Part shown: one piece after another, positions 37,889 through 48,800 of the stretch
How the letters are laid out: the number at the start of each line of letters is the position of its first letter
Position numbering within the stretch: the stretch's first letter is position 1
Source: Carpediemonas membranifera BICM
Taxonomy: Eukaryota; Protista; Fornicata
Direction: 5' to 3'
Assembly: GCA_019828565.1 (NCBI GenBank)
Contig: JAHDYR010000025.1
Span: forward strand, 372,001 to 436,000
Length of the DNA: 64,000 nt
Made by a program: the position numbers and the translations under genes
The notes under the pieces: model-generated
Told to the model about the DNA's origin: nothing
Databases searched by the model: none
The model's input: only the letters and a program-made list of their open reading frames with translations

Positions 37889-40800
37889 ATGTCTCTTTCT
37901 CTATGGGCAGCCGGTGCAGCTGTAACAACCTATAATTTGAACTCTCTGAAGGCCCCATCGACCTCCAAGAAGGGCCGCACGCCTGTTAAGGACGAGCCCA
38001 TCGAAATGGAGCAATGGTCAAAGGATCTAACTGACATGAAGCAACGCGGCCGCATAACCCTCAGAGCGAACGCCAGTCTGCTCCTAGAAACCCCCGTTCA
38101 GGCTGGGAATGCCCACGCCTTCCTCAATTCGATCGACACAAAGACTGAACTCGCCCTCGAGAACGCCATGCTCTTCATGGCGCGCTCTCTGTTCGACGCC
38201 ATGGCCTGGAAGAACAGCATGGGCATCGGGAACTTCAGCTCCGACGCTAAGTTTGCCGAGGCTGTCTTCTGGTCCCTGCTGGCCTCCCGCCGCAGACTCC
38301 CGAGTTGTGTCAGGTCGCCGTATAGGCCGTACCTGCGGACTGCACCGCAGTTTACGGACGTTTCCGTGGCCACGTTCAACGTCCTGTGTGCTCCTGAGCT
38401 CAGCGACCACCTCTCTTCCCTCAAGGCGACTGTGCGGTCCGAGGTGCTCCAGCACATGATCCGGGCCAGATACGGGCAGTTTACGAAGACTACGTTCGAG
38501 GCTGTCCCCTATCTTGGCCAGAGCTTCGCCCAGCAACTGCCCGACTCGACCTACCTCCGTGGTATCATCGTGCGTGGCGTTAACCTGCCGCTCGTGACCA
38601 GAAACACGGTGCTCTCAGTCACCAGCGGCTTCCCGTTCACAGCGGACAACGTCGCCGAGTTCGACCCGATGGTTGGGTTGAAGACAGTGCCGTCATACAA
38701 CCCAAACTTCACGAGGGCGCACCAGGGTACCCCGTTCCTTCCCCAATACTACGTCAGCCCCGTGCTCGACACGATCATCCTCTTCACCGGTGTGAGTGAG
38801 TGTGCGTCGAACTCCCACACCGACCTGAAGATGGCCTTCCAGGACTACTTCACGGCCCCCGGCATGGGCATGAAGGCCATCAACAGCTACGCCAGCATGC
38901 TCACCAGCATCGGTCACGACTCGTCCACAGTCGAGGTCTTCTCCCGCGGCAGCATCCAGACCACGAAGGGCCGGGCAACCCTCCGCTACCAGAGGCCCGT
39001 CGTCGTCACGCACCCCCACTATCCCGCCCTGACCCTCCAGCACAGGGTCCTCGTCGGCGGGCTGAGTCGATCCGTCCTCACGGTGGCAGCCAAGTGGCAG
39101 CCAAACTCCCTCAAGCTTCTTAGCAAGCCTGAGACCAACCGTAAGACTAGGAGTCGCAGGGTCGAGGAGGAATCCATCGACGAGGCCAGGGCGAAGTACC
39201 ACGAGAGCCTCGGCCACATGTACCGCGTCATGCTCGGCGGGCTCACCACGGCTGACGTCGACACAGTCGTCCAGGCACTCGGCCTCGGGTTGAAGTTCAA
39301 GCTCAGCGAGAAGCAGGCCGAGGTGGTGACCAACCCCGGCAACATGGTCGTCATTGGACGCTCCGGGAGTGGAAAGTCCCTCTCGCTGCTGCTCAGGGTG
39401 GCGGTTCAGTACTACAAGCTGCTCGACCTCAACGACGAGAGCTTGCTCAACGCTTTCACCGTGGTGGTGTGTACCAGATCACACAACCTGCTCAGGGACC
39501 TCATCGAGCGGTGGAACACGCTGACAGACGCCATTGGCGGGCCACTCGCAAGAATGAAGACACCGCTGTACGATGAGGCGAGCGAGGGCTTCATCGAGTC
39601 CGAGGAGTCCATCCTGGAGATACTGATGCAGACGGACAACAGCCTGATGCCCGGTGCAAGTCTGAATCACCACGACTCCGGCCCCGTCTTCTGCACGACG
39701 CGGAAGCTCATCAGCCTGATCGACGAGACGCTGGACAACCCGTACTTCGATCACACGGACACGAAGAAGGTCGGCAACAGCTGGGGCCTGAGCGCCCACG
39801 GCACCGCCTCCCTCCGTCGGCAGAAAATCGAGATGATGGACGTCAACCCAGAACTCGCACTCGACGAGGACATCATCGAGGCGTTTGTCACGGGGGACGC
39901 CGACCAGGCGGACTCGTACGTCGGCATGGAGGTGTCGTTCGAGCTGTTCGCCTCTGTCGTCTACCCACTCTGCGTCTTCCACTACCGCTGCCAGCACGAG
40001 GTGAAGCCGTCCAAGGTTCCGAACCGCGAGCAGTGTAAGAACTTCGCTGGGGTGAACGTCTCGCAGGTGTACAAGGAGCTGATGTCGACTGTCTTCGGGT
40101 CCGTCACGGCACTCAGGGTCGGCATCCCGGCAGCCTCGTATATCTATGACCACCGCACGACGAACATCACCCAGCGCGACGCCGCGTATATCAGGGCCAT
40201 CGCCTTCAGCTACTCTGCACTGAAGATTGTCATGCAGCTTTACGACATCAACGACGTCATCACGTACATCTACCGCCAGATCATCTCCCATGGCTACCAC
40301 GGCACGCCTGTACACTCCTTCGTTGTCGACGAGGCCCAGGACTCCCCAATCACTCTCGTCCAGCTCCTCACGCAGGTCTGCGGCTCAAACATGGCCTCCA
40401 TCGTCGTCGCTGGCGACACGGCTCAGGCCATCGCTGACGGCATCGAGTTCCGGTTCAAGGACGTCCACGAGGCCGCCAGCAGGGTGGCAGTGGACGGCAA
40501 GCCCGTGACGATGGTCGACCTCGATGTTAACTACCGGTCGACCTCGAAGGTCTGCGAGCTGGGTAATCATTTGATTAATCTCATGAAGATCTACCCCAAG
40601 TCGATCGACATGGCCGAGGAGCTGTCATTCAAGCGGTCTGGCAGCGGTGCTGCGGTGTTCTTCGAGCACGCGTCGCACGCTGACCTCGACGACCTCCTGA
40701 GCCGCAGCAAGAGGGAACTGGCCGACGCGAAGGGCAGCATCTTCGGTGCCAAGCAGGCTGTCATCGTCCGCAGCTACGCAGATGTCCCGCCCGAGCTGGA

Positions 40801-43732
40801 GCGGAGCCTTGTGCTCACGGTGGAGGACGCCAAGGGCCTCGAGTTCGACGACATCCTGCTGTACAACTTCTTCACGAACAGCCCGATCGAGGCAGAGTGG
40901 CACTACTTCACCCTCCTCTTCGCCGATAACGGGGCGTACACGGAGGGTTTCCTCGACCGGGTCGTGTCTTATGGTAAGGACGACCTGCTCGCGACACAGG
41001 ACCACACGCGGTTCAGACTGGCGGAGGCGTTCAAGCGCGTGGAGTTCAACGCGAATCTGGGGAAGGCCAGACACATCACGCAGATGAAGGAGAACGCCGT
41101 CGAGCACATCCGCGACATGCCCGTCATCGCGCACGAGCTCAAGAGCCTCTACGTCGCCGTCACCAGGGCAAGGTCGAGGGTCTTCTTCTTCGACTCAGAC
41201 GAGGTCCGCCGCACCCCAGTCATGGCCGAGTGGGCCCGACTCGGTCTGGTCCAGCGCATCGATATGGACGAGGCGAAGGCGGACGGGCTCGCCATCAACG
41301 ACGAGGAGACCAGCGCAGCGGAGTGGGAACTCGATGCGCAGAAGTATATGGCCTCGCTGTCGTTCTCCGCGGCGATGCAGTGCTACCGTCGGGTCCCGGG
41401 CATGGAGCGCATGGTCCTCGTCTGCAAGGCCATATCCCTCGCGCGGTCGGCCATTGAGCGGAACGGTGGGGCCCTGGTGACGGATAAGTCAAGCGTGGTC
41501 TACCACAAGCTCTCTGACTTCCTCTTCCGGATCATGAACCCCACCCTCGGGCCCAGAGACACTCGCAGCCACGCCCTCGAGGCAGACTCGCTTGAGAGCA
41601 TCGTCGACGGTAAGAACCGGGATGTGGGCCCCCTCCTGACCGAGGCGGGGCAGATCTTTATGCAGCTCGGTTACAGCCGGCTCGCTGCACGGTGCCTGGC
41701 CGCGTCCCATGACTATAAGGGCGCCGCACAGGCATACATCGACATGGGCAAGCCCGAGGAGGCCGCGGAGTGTCTCATGCGCGGTAACATGCGCGAGGAC
41801 GCCATCGAGCTGCTCCTCATGAACGGACTGACCGACGAGGTATGCCGGTACGTCTACAACTGGTTCATCGCGCCGCCTGCCAGCCGCTACATGGCCAAGC
41901 AGGCCCACCTGCCGAACTACCCGAAGATCGCCCAGCTCCTCGAGCCCTTTGTGCCCGCCCTGGAGATGTTCGCGGCCTCCTCGATCCCGGTGATGGCCCA
42001 GACGCTGTGCTTCGCCATCGCCCACACCGCCCATGACCTCGTGCCCTTCTTCAACGCCCTGGTCGACTCCCCCAAGGTGGCCGAGCACCCCGCTTTCGTC
42101 GACATCATCCGTCTCGGTATCAGCCTCATCACGGGCTCCAAGCCGCACGCCCTGACCGACGTCTCCAGCTCCACCCGCATCCTCCTGGCTGCCGTCCAGG
42201 GCGTCCCCCGGCATGTCGCCCTCCCCTGCATCACGTCGCTGTGTGGCGCTCTTGCTGACTTCCCGCTGTACGGCATGTTGTTCCAATCCATCATGGACAA
42301 CGATCCCTGGGCGATCTTCGAGTCGATCATCGACTCCCCGCCGGCCAGGGTCCTTGAGAAGGGCCGGGCTGACCCTAATCTGCTCATCCGACTCGCGACT
42401 GTCTGCGATGATGTAAGAAAGTGCAAGAATGTCAGCACCGACGACCGGCTGCTGCTCGCACAGGCCCTGGTCGAGTGCAAGTGTCACCTGGGTCTGATCT
42501 TCGCCGTCGACGACGACATTACCGCCTGGATCGAGCGCTCAATCCAGGTGACGTTCGGCGGCAACCTCAAGCCCAACGTCCAAGCGCCCCGGATCACCCC
42601 CCACGACTGCGTGCTCGCCGTACAGGTCTATTGCGCCTTCTTGGCTCTGCCCCACCTCCGCCGGGAGGACTCGACGGTCACCCCGGCTATGGCGGTCGAG
42701 GCGTGTGTCAGAATCATACTCAACGACCAGCTGGTCCAGATCATGACCGCACAGAACCTCGGGATGTCTCAGTCGATGCAGATGTACGCGCTTGGCATGA
42801 TTCTCGAGCACCGCGAGCACCCCGCCGTCCAGGGCCTTGGCAAGAAGCTTGGCCTCATGTTCGCCAACGCCCTTCGTTCGTCCCTTGCACCGCTGTTTGA
42901 GGAGCTCCGCAAGCCCGACTCGCTCTCGGCCGTCAGCATCCTCCCCATCGCAAAGGCAATGTCTAACATGATCGTCTTCACCGGCAGAGACAGCCTGCTC
43001 GAGCTTGGCGGGACCGTGATGCAGTTCGCCGCGAAGACTCTCGCTGTGCACTCCCTCGAGGAGCTTGGCAACATCGCCTACGATTTGGATGACGAGGTGG
43101 CCGAGATCTCCGACGAGCTCGCGGCTGTAGCCGAGGAGGACTTCGGCGACACCGCGCCCACTGCCCTCTACGAGAAGAAGGATCGCCTCGAGGCTCGGGT
43201 AAGCAACCTCTTTGCACTGGAGGACATCTGGCGCTGGACGCGGGTCGTCGTCAATGAACCTGACTGGGAGACTTTCGAGGACCTCATGCCGTTCTTCCAG
43301 CAGTTTATTAACGAGCCGACTGCCCTGGGCCAGCTAGTCCGGGCGCTGTGCCCGGATTTCGAGCCCGACGTCGACGTCGACTATCTCGACAGCGAGGAAA
43401 ACGAGGCAATCGCAAGCCACGTCGCTACCATCCACCCGCTGCCTGGCGTCAAGGCCGCTGCCGTGCCAGAGCCCATCGCCGAGGCTGACTGCGAGTTTGA
43501 TTCTGTGCAGTTTAAGGTTACTCGCGAAGAGATGAAGCGTGAGATCAGTGCCATGGTTCTCGCGGGATGCACCGATCAGGGCTACTTCGAGTACATTGAG
43601 AGCGTCCTGGACGGCAAGCTGGAGGCCCTCATTGAGGCGACCCAGACCGAATGGGCCGAGTCTGTTAAGGAGTGCGGACTTCCGGACGATGTGAACTACA
43701 GGACGCTGTTCAGACTGTATGAGAGGTTATAA
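37889..43732 (+). CDS. Large SF1 UvrD-like helicase with TPR-like region (TRANK1-like)
   Basis: GRSGSGKS, VDEAQD, AGDTAQAI, L.VNYRS, AKGLEFDDILLYNFF, ELKSLYVAVTRAR. Confidence 0.88.
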   Translation: MSLSLWAAGAAVTTYNLNSLKAPSTSKKGRTPVKDEPIEMEQWSKDLTDMKQRGRITLRANASLLLETPVQAGNAHAFLNSIDTKTELALENAMLFMARSLFDAMAWKNSMGIGNFSSDAKFAEAVFWSLLASRRRLPSCVRSPYRPYLRTAPQFTDVSVATFNVLCAPELSDHLSSLKATVRSEVLQHMIRARYGQFTKTTFEAVPYLGQSFAQQLPDSTYLRGIIVRGVNLPLVTRNTVLSVTSGFPFTADNVAEFDPMVGLKTVPSYNPNFTRAHQGTPFLPQYYVSPVLDTIILFTGVSECASNSHTDLKMAFQDYFTAPGMGMKAINSYASMLTSIGHDSSTVEVFSRGSIQTTKGRATLRYQRPVVVTHPHYPALTLQHRVLVGGLSRSVLTVAAKWQPNSLKLLSKPETNRKTRSRRVEEESIDEARAKYHESLGHMYRVMLGGLTTADVDTVVQALGLGLKFKLSEKQAEVVTNPGNMVVIGRSGSGKSLSLLLRVAVQYYKLLDLNDESLLNAFTVVVCTRSHNLLRDLIERWNTLTDAIGGPLARMKTPLYDEASEGFIESEESILEILMQTDNSLMPGASLNHHDSGPVFCTTRKLISLIDETLDNPYFDHTDTKKVGNSWGLSAHGTASLRRQKIEMMDVNPELALDEDIIEAFVTGDADQADSYVGMEVSFELFASVVYPLCVFHYRCQHEVKPSKVPNREQCKNFAGVNVSQVYKELMSTVFGSVTALRVGIPAASYIYDHRTTNITQRDAAYIRAIAFSYSALKIVMQLYDINDVITYIYRQIISHGYHGTPVHSFVVDEAQDSPITLVQLLTQVCGSNMASIVVAGDTAQAIADGIEFRFKDVHEAASRVAVDGKPVTMVDLDVNYRSTSKVCELGNHLINLMKIYPKSIDMAEELSFKRSGSGAAVFFEHASHADLDDLLSRSKRELADAKGSIFGAKQAVIVRSYADVPPELERSLVLTVEDAKGLEFDDILLYNFFTNSPIEAEWHYFTLLFADNGAYTEGFLDRVVSYGKDDLLATQDHTRFRLAEAFKRVEFNANLGKARHITQMKENAVEHIRDMPVIAHELKSLYVAVTRARSRVFFFDSDEVRRTPVMAEWARLGLVQRIDMDEAKADGLAINDEETSAAEWELDAQKYMASLSFSAAMQCYRRVPGMERMVLVCKAISLARSAIERNGGALVTDKSSVVYHKLSDFLFRIMNPTLGPRDTRSHALEADSLESIVDGKNRDVGPLLTEAGQIFMQLGYSRLAARCLAASHDYKGAAQAYIDMGKPEEAAECLMRGNMREDAIELLLMNGLTDEVCRYVYNWFIAPPASRYMAKQAHLPNYPKIAQLLEPFVPALEMFAASSIPVMAQTLCFAIAHTAHDLVPFFNALVDSPKVAEHPAFVDIIRLGISLITGSKPHALTDVSSSTRILLAAVQGVPRHVALPCITSLCGALADFPLYGMLFQSIMDNDPWAIFESIIDSPPARVLEKGRADPNLLIRLATVCDDVRKCKNVSTDDRLLLAQALVECKCHLGLIFAVDDDITAWIERSIQVTFGGNLKPNVQAPRITPHDCVLAVQVYCAFLALPHLRREDSTVTPAMAVEACVRIILNDQLVQIMTAQNLGMSQSMQMYALGMILEHREHPAVQGLGKKLGLMFANALRSSLAPLFEELRKPDSLSAVSILPIAKAMSNMIVFTGRDSLLELGGTVMQFAAKTLAVHSLEELGNIAYDLDDEVAEISDELAAVAEEDFGDTAPTALYEKKDRLEARVSNLFALEDIWRWTRVVVNEPDWETFEDLMPFFQQFINEPTALGQLVRALCPDFEPDVDVDYLDSEENEAIASHVATIHPLPGVKAAAVPEPIAEADCEFDSVQFKVTREEMKREISAMVLAGCTDQGYFEYIESVLDGKLEALIEATQTEWAESVKECGLPDDVNYRTLFRLYERL

Positions 43733-43782
43733 AGGGCTATACGACTGTAGCAGTATCCCCGTTTACTACAGGCTTTCCCCGC

Positions 43783-45591
43783 TCACGTGAGGTAAACGTC
43801 GCACAGGGGGCACCGGGTAAGCGCCGCATCGCACGCAGCCATGCCGCACACGCCGCACTGCCTGTGCACGTGTATAGACAGCACGCCGGTGACGGTGCAT
43901 CGCTTTAGCCTGTGGTGGTTCGCACAGCTGGGTCCCACGTCGTCGTCGGTCACCGGGGCCGCGCAGATGGGGCACGTGTCGACGGGGGGCGGGGCAAGCT
44001 CCCGCCACGGCTTGACGTCCTTCAGGTACGGCGCGGACTGGGCGAGGAACACGGCTGCGTTGCCAAGCGCCATCATCTCAGCCTCAAACTGTGAGAAATC
44101 GCCCAGAGCGTCGGCCCGGACCGCAATGTGCGGGTAGAGCGCCCTGACCCTCTGCACAGCGCCATTGACCGCGGCCACCAGCTCCTCGACCGTGCCGTAG
44201 CTCCCGGCGTCCAGGGCCTCCACCGCGGCACGACATGAGGCGGCCATGGCCTCAGCGTCTGCTGGGATGTCGCTGCACAGTATAGCGCACCGCTGTCCCT
44301 CCACTGACGCGCAAGTCGGGTCCAGCCGGGTCGTGGTTACCTGGGTGACGTCCATGGCGCCCGAGGCGACGGTGTTCTCGTAAATTCGGCAGGATAAGGC
44401 ATGAACACCGTCGGGCAGGGGCAATGTGAGGTTCAGCTGGCCAAGGAAGCCGCCGTTGACTCCGTCATGCACCTCTGTATCTGATTCCAGGATCTTGCAA
44501 TATTCAGGCGGACCGCTGAAGCTGACCGCTCCACTCTGGCCATCAATAAGTGACACCACCAGCATCGGCCTGTAAGGGTACTGGGCGATGCCGACGACCT
44601 CCATGGGCGTCTGGGCTATCCCACTGTGTACCTCAAGCCCCGCGTCGAGCAGCACGTAGTGAACCCTATCGTGCACTGCCCATGCGACCCCGATGGCTGC
44701 GTCCGTCTCCACCGCGGCAGCTATTGCCGGGGTGGGTGCCCGCTTGATGGCGTGTGACTTCACTACAGTCAGCTGGGGGAGGTCACCCCTGCCAGTGTCG
44801 ATAAAGTGGATTGCATCGCGGGACCGGCCGACAATGAACTCTGACACGGCCCATAGATCGACCAGGTCGAGCTCCTGGACCTCCTCGGGGACCTCGACCG
44901 GGGTGGGTTTGGTGTTCCCGTCGACCAGAGCGAGCATCGAGACCGAGACACGGCCGTCCATGGTCAACCCGGTCATGAGCACGCCGCCCGGCGCCCTCTC
45001 CTTCCGAGCTACTGTGACTCGCCTCCTCATGGGCTGGAATAGCGACTGCAGCTTGCGGGGCATGGTGTGACCCTCGTCCCACTGCCCAGCCGACTCAGAG
45101 ATGAGTCTGGTGGTCATGTGGTCCGACTGGATGGTCACCGTGTACAATAGGCCCGTGATGGCGTGGACGACAAAGGTCGGGAGGGCGCATAGGGACGTGG
45201 GCAGCGCGAAGACGCCTCGGGTGGGCTGGTAAATACGGTTGGGCGCCATGCACGTGGAGAGGAACGCGAAACCGGGGGCCCACTTCATGTTCTCGGCGGA
45301 GTCGACGTGGACTTGGATGTCCATCAGACGACGAATGAAGTCATCGCCACATCCCACGAGCTCGAAGATGGGCGCCATAGACGCTGGTACAGCTACACTG
45401 CAGGGATGGTCTAAGGTAGGCAAGCGGCAGGCGTAGATGTTGCCGAAGTTTGAGCCCGCCAGCATCATGGAGCAGTCGTCAGTGACGCAGATGGTTTCAA
45501 GTCGAAGCGAGCCATTAATTAGTCGATTTGGAGTGCTGGTTGAAGGGGCATTCGACGATCCTCCAACGGAGCCCTTGTTGAGGTCGGCCAT
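43783..45591 (-). CDS. Beta-rich protein with C-terminal Cys cluster, TFIIIC delta/GTF3C4-like
   Basis: The C-terminal CPIC...C.NHH...RC.VT...CGVC...CPLC matches the zf-TFIIIC pattern. Confidence 0.55.
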   Translation of the reverse strand: MADLNKGSVGGSSNAPSTSTPNRLINGSLRLETICVTDDCSMMLAGSNFGNIYACRLPTLDHPCSVAVPASMAPIFELVGCGDDFIRRLMDIQVHVDSAENMKWAPGFAFLSTCMAPNRIYQPTRGVFALPTSLCALPTFVVHAITGLLYTVTIQSDHMTTRLISESAGQWDEGHTMPRKLQSLFQPMRRRVTVARKERAPGGVLMTGLTMDGRVSVSMLALVDGNTKPTPVEVPEEVQELDLVDLWAVSEFIVGRSRDAIHFIDTGRGDLPQLTVVKSHAIKRAPTPAIAAAVETDAAIGVAWAVHDRVHYVLLDAGLEVHSGIAQTPMEVVGIAQYPYRPMLVVSLIDGQSGAVSFSGPPEYCKILESDTEVHDGVNGGFLGQLNLTLPLPDGVHALSCRIYENTVASGAMDVTQVTTTRLDPTCASVEGQRCAILCSDIPADAEAMAASCRAAVEALDAGSYGTVEELVAAVNGAVQRVRALYPHIAVRADALGDFSQFEAEMMALGNAAVFLAQSAPYLKDVKPWRELAPPPVDTCPICAAPVTDDDVGPSCANHHRLKRCTVTGVLSIHVHRQCGVCGMAACDAALTRCPLCDVYLT

Positions 45592-45882
45592 GGATGATGT
45601 GCCAAAAACTGCGCGGCCTTGAGCTGGAGGCAGGTCGTCAATAGGCGCATATGAGTCGCTAGATGGTGCACCAGACTACAGTCTAGCCCTGGTTCTCTCA
45701 GTTCGGCACAGCTGATCCCCGCACGGTCGCCCCGCCGTCCCAGAGCTGGCCCTGCACCCACTAGACAGTGGTATGATAATATCACGGGCTAAGGGGCCAT
45801 AGCATCCCCTGATGCGACGGCAATATAGCTGAGCTCATCAACTTCATGGACAGTCGAAACGCCAAGCCACGGTTCACGCGCG

Positions 45883-48800
45883 ATGAACCACCGAATTTGG
45901 GGCATTGGTGCGTTCTGGATGAACGCATACTACAATGTGTATCGGAGGAACCGAAATTACGGGCAACTTCGGATGTGGCTTATGATAATTGAGGCAATTC
46001 AGGTGATGCTCCTTCCCTTTCTGGTCTACGACAAATATTACGACATGGATCGAATACCATCGGCCATAGTCAACACGTTCATGCCTCAGCTGCCCTTTGT
46101 TTACTCTCTCCTCCCGTTTTTTGTTATCCTCCTGGCACCGCTGCGTGTACCCCTCGTCTCACAGGCCCTCAACGCCTACTGCACGGTATTGGACACCGTC
46201 TTGCTCCTACCAACCCTCAGGGGGTCGCTGTTCGCCTCTTTACCCGAGTCTGTCCCGACCGAGCTTAACGTCGTCATCCGCGCCATAGTCATCGTCGTGC
46301 TCACGTTCGTGTCTCTTGAGTCGGGCAATATCCACCAGTCCCACCTCCCAGGGTCCAGCCACCCTCTCAGCAGGCACGGCACGGCGGCGACCACCACGCT
46401 GACGCTCTTCCGTGTCCTGGTCGGCTGCCTCACCATCACCACCGTGGCCCCGCTGCCCCTATTCGCCCACTCGCTCGCCATGTCGATCATCGCCATCCTG
46501 TACACCTGGTCGGACAGCTTCTATCACCTGGTCCCCCAGCTTCTGTCGTCCTGGATGGCTGGGTGCTTCGCCCTCGTGTCATGGTCTGTGTTCGGTATGA
46601 CCATCGGTCTCGGCCATAACGCCCAGCCCTGGATCATCCTGGCCGTCCCCGTGGCGTCCGTGGCGGCCGTCGTCTTCCCTGTCGTGCGACACGCCCGGCC
46701 CGGCCCCCGTCGACTGAGGGCGCTCTCTCGGCGGCTATCAGGGCTGCGTGACGCTGTCGTCAGCACCACACCGATGCCGCAGACGTTCAGGCCGGTAGTA
46801 TCCATCCGATTCACCAGAGAGGCCGCGGACCTCGTCGACGACATCGTCAAAGCCCTGGGCCCTCGCCCCTCGCCCTGGCAGGTGGCACAGGTCTTCACGC
46901 CCTGGGCCGTGGGTCCTGCTACCGACGGCGTCTACCACAGCATAATGGCGGACGTCATGGAACGGTGTCGCGGCCCAGTGGCATTCGCCCTGGTCGGGCT
47001 GGCCCTCAGACCGGTGTGGGTCGGGCCGATACAGGAGCTGGTGACCCAGATCCACCCTAAGCGGCCGCTGACTCGGCTAATCCTGCGGGACATCAAGCAC
47101 GGCCTCCTTGTGGCGAAGTACGCCAACCCAGACGCGATGAGGACCCACCACAAGCTCGAGCTCGCCGCCGTGGAGCATGAGGCCACGATGGCGGCCCTCT
47201 TCCAGCTGTGGGAGAGCCTCATCGACGGCCCAGGCAAGCTTACCACCCGTCACGTCCGCCTGGCTGAGGTGTTCGAGCGGCGGGTGCAGCGGACCTTCGC
47301 GCGGTACAAGGACCTGCTCCAGAAGGACGAGGTGCCGTCCGAGATCATCGCCGAGTTCGCCGCCTTCCTCTCCGAGACCGGCTGCCCGCAGGAGGACGAC
47401 GTCTCGCTGCTCCAGGCGCAGTCGGCGTCCCCCCGGACCAGGGTCAGCCTGTCGCAGCATTTGTTCGGTCACCAGCCACGGAAATCATTTGATGACACCC
47501 AATGCCGCGCGCTGATGCCGTCCGACACGGTCTCTCTTGTCCCCGTCCCCCGCAAGCTGGTCGACGCGATCCACCATGTCGACAAGCCGCCCCTCTCTGG
47601 CGCGTGGAAGGACAAGAGTCTCAAGCTCATGCGTTACATTGTCGCGGCCGTCGTAGTGCTCATGCTTCTGGTCGGAATCCTCGAGTTCCAGGCGAGCGCG
47701 ACGGACTATCCCCATCACAACGTCGTCCTGTCCGACACCGTACGGGCCCTGGACACGGTGCACGCCGCTGCCATGGACGGGGCTGGCTATAGCCGCAGCC
47801 TGGTGTCGCAGACCCTCGTGCTGCTCGCCAATGAGACGGACTCGGGCATGTGGCCGGACGTGGACCTCCTTCGGTCAGCCTTCACAGTCGAATTCAACTC
47901 GACTCTAGCCGAGTCGGGGGTCCCTGTCACACTGGTGCAGCCACTGCCGGTCACCCAGGCGCTGTACCGGTTGGCAGTGACGGTCAACGAGCATGCCACG
48001 GCCGGTGTCTCGACGGGCGCGGTGATGGCTGACATTGACGTCATTAGGACGGGCGTGTTGGACTCAAGCCACAACCAGCACGTGTACATTGGCGTGATGA
48101 CGGCCTCGTCGATCACAACCATGGCCATTGTCGTCCTCGTCGCAGGCACCCAGCTCCCCTGTCTCGGCATCCTCCTCTTCACTCCCGTCCTGGTCAAGGT
48201 CATCCGCCAGTCCGTCGGTTACGGGTCCGCCTTCCTCGCCCTGCCGCCGTCTGTCGTCCAGATGTGCATGGTTTCACCCACGCCAAGGCTGCAGAGACTG
48301 CTGACGGAGTCGATCTTGATGAACGGGCTCGAGCCGGTGCCCGAGGGCTGTGAAGACGTCGACGAGCTGCTCGATAGGATCACTATCACGGACACCACTA
48401 GCGTGACGGACGCCGAGAGCGACCTGACGACCACGGACGGTGAGGGGTTCGCCAGCTCGGTCAGCGATAGCGATGATGACTCCACGGACTACAGCGACGA
48501 CTCGGATGACTCGGATGACTCGGATGACGATAGCGACGATGAATCTGGTGACGATAGCGATGAAGACAGCGATGAAGACAGCACGGATGATACGGACAGC
48601 GACGACTCCAGCGGCACGACAGACGGCACATCGACCGACACCACGGGCACGGACACGTCTGACAGTGACAGTGGTGAGTCCGCCGCGCCCACGACCACGG
48701 AGCCGACAGAATCGAGCTCAGACTCCCCAACGGAGTCCGACACCGAAACCGAGACTGGATACGATTCGACCGTCGACTCTGTGTCCACCGTGATCTCGCC

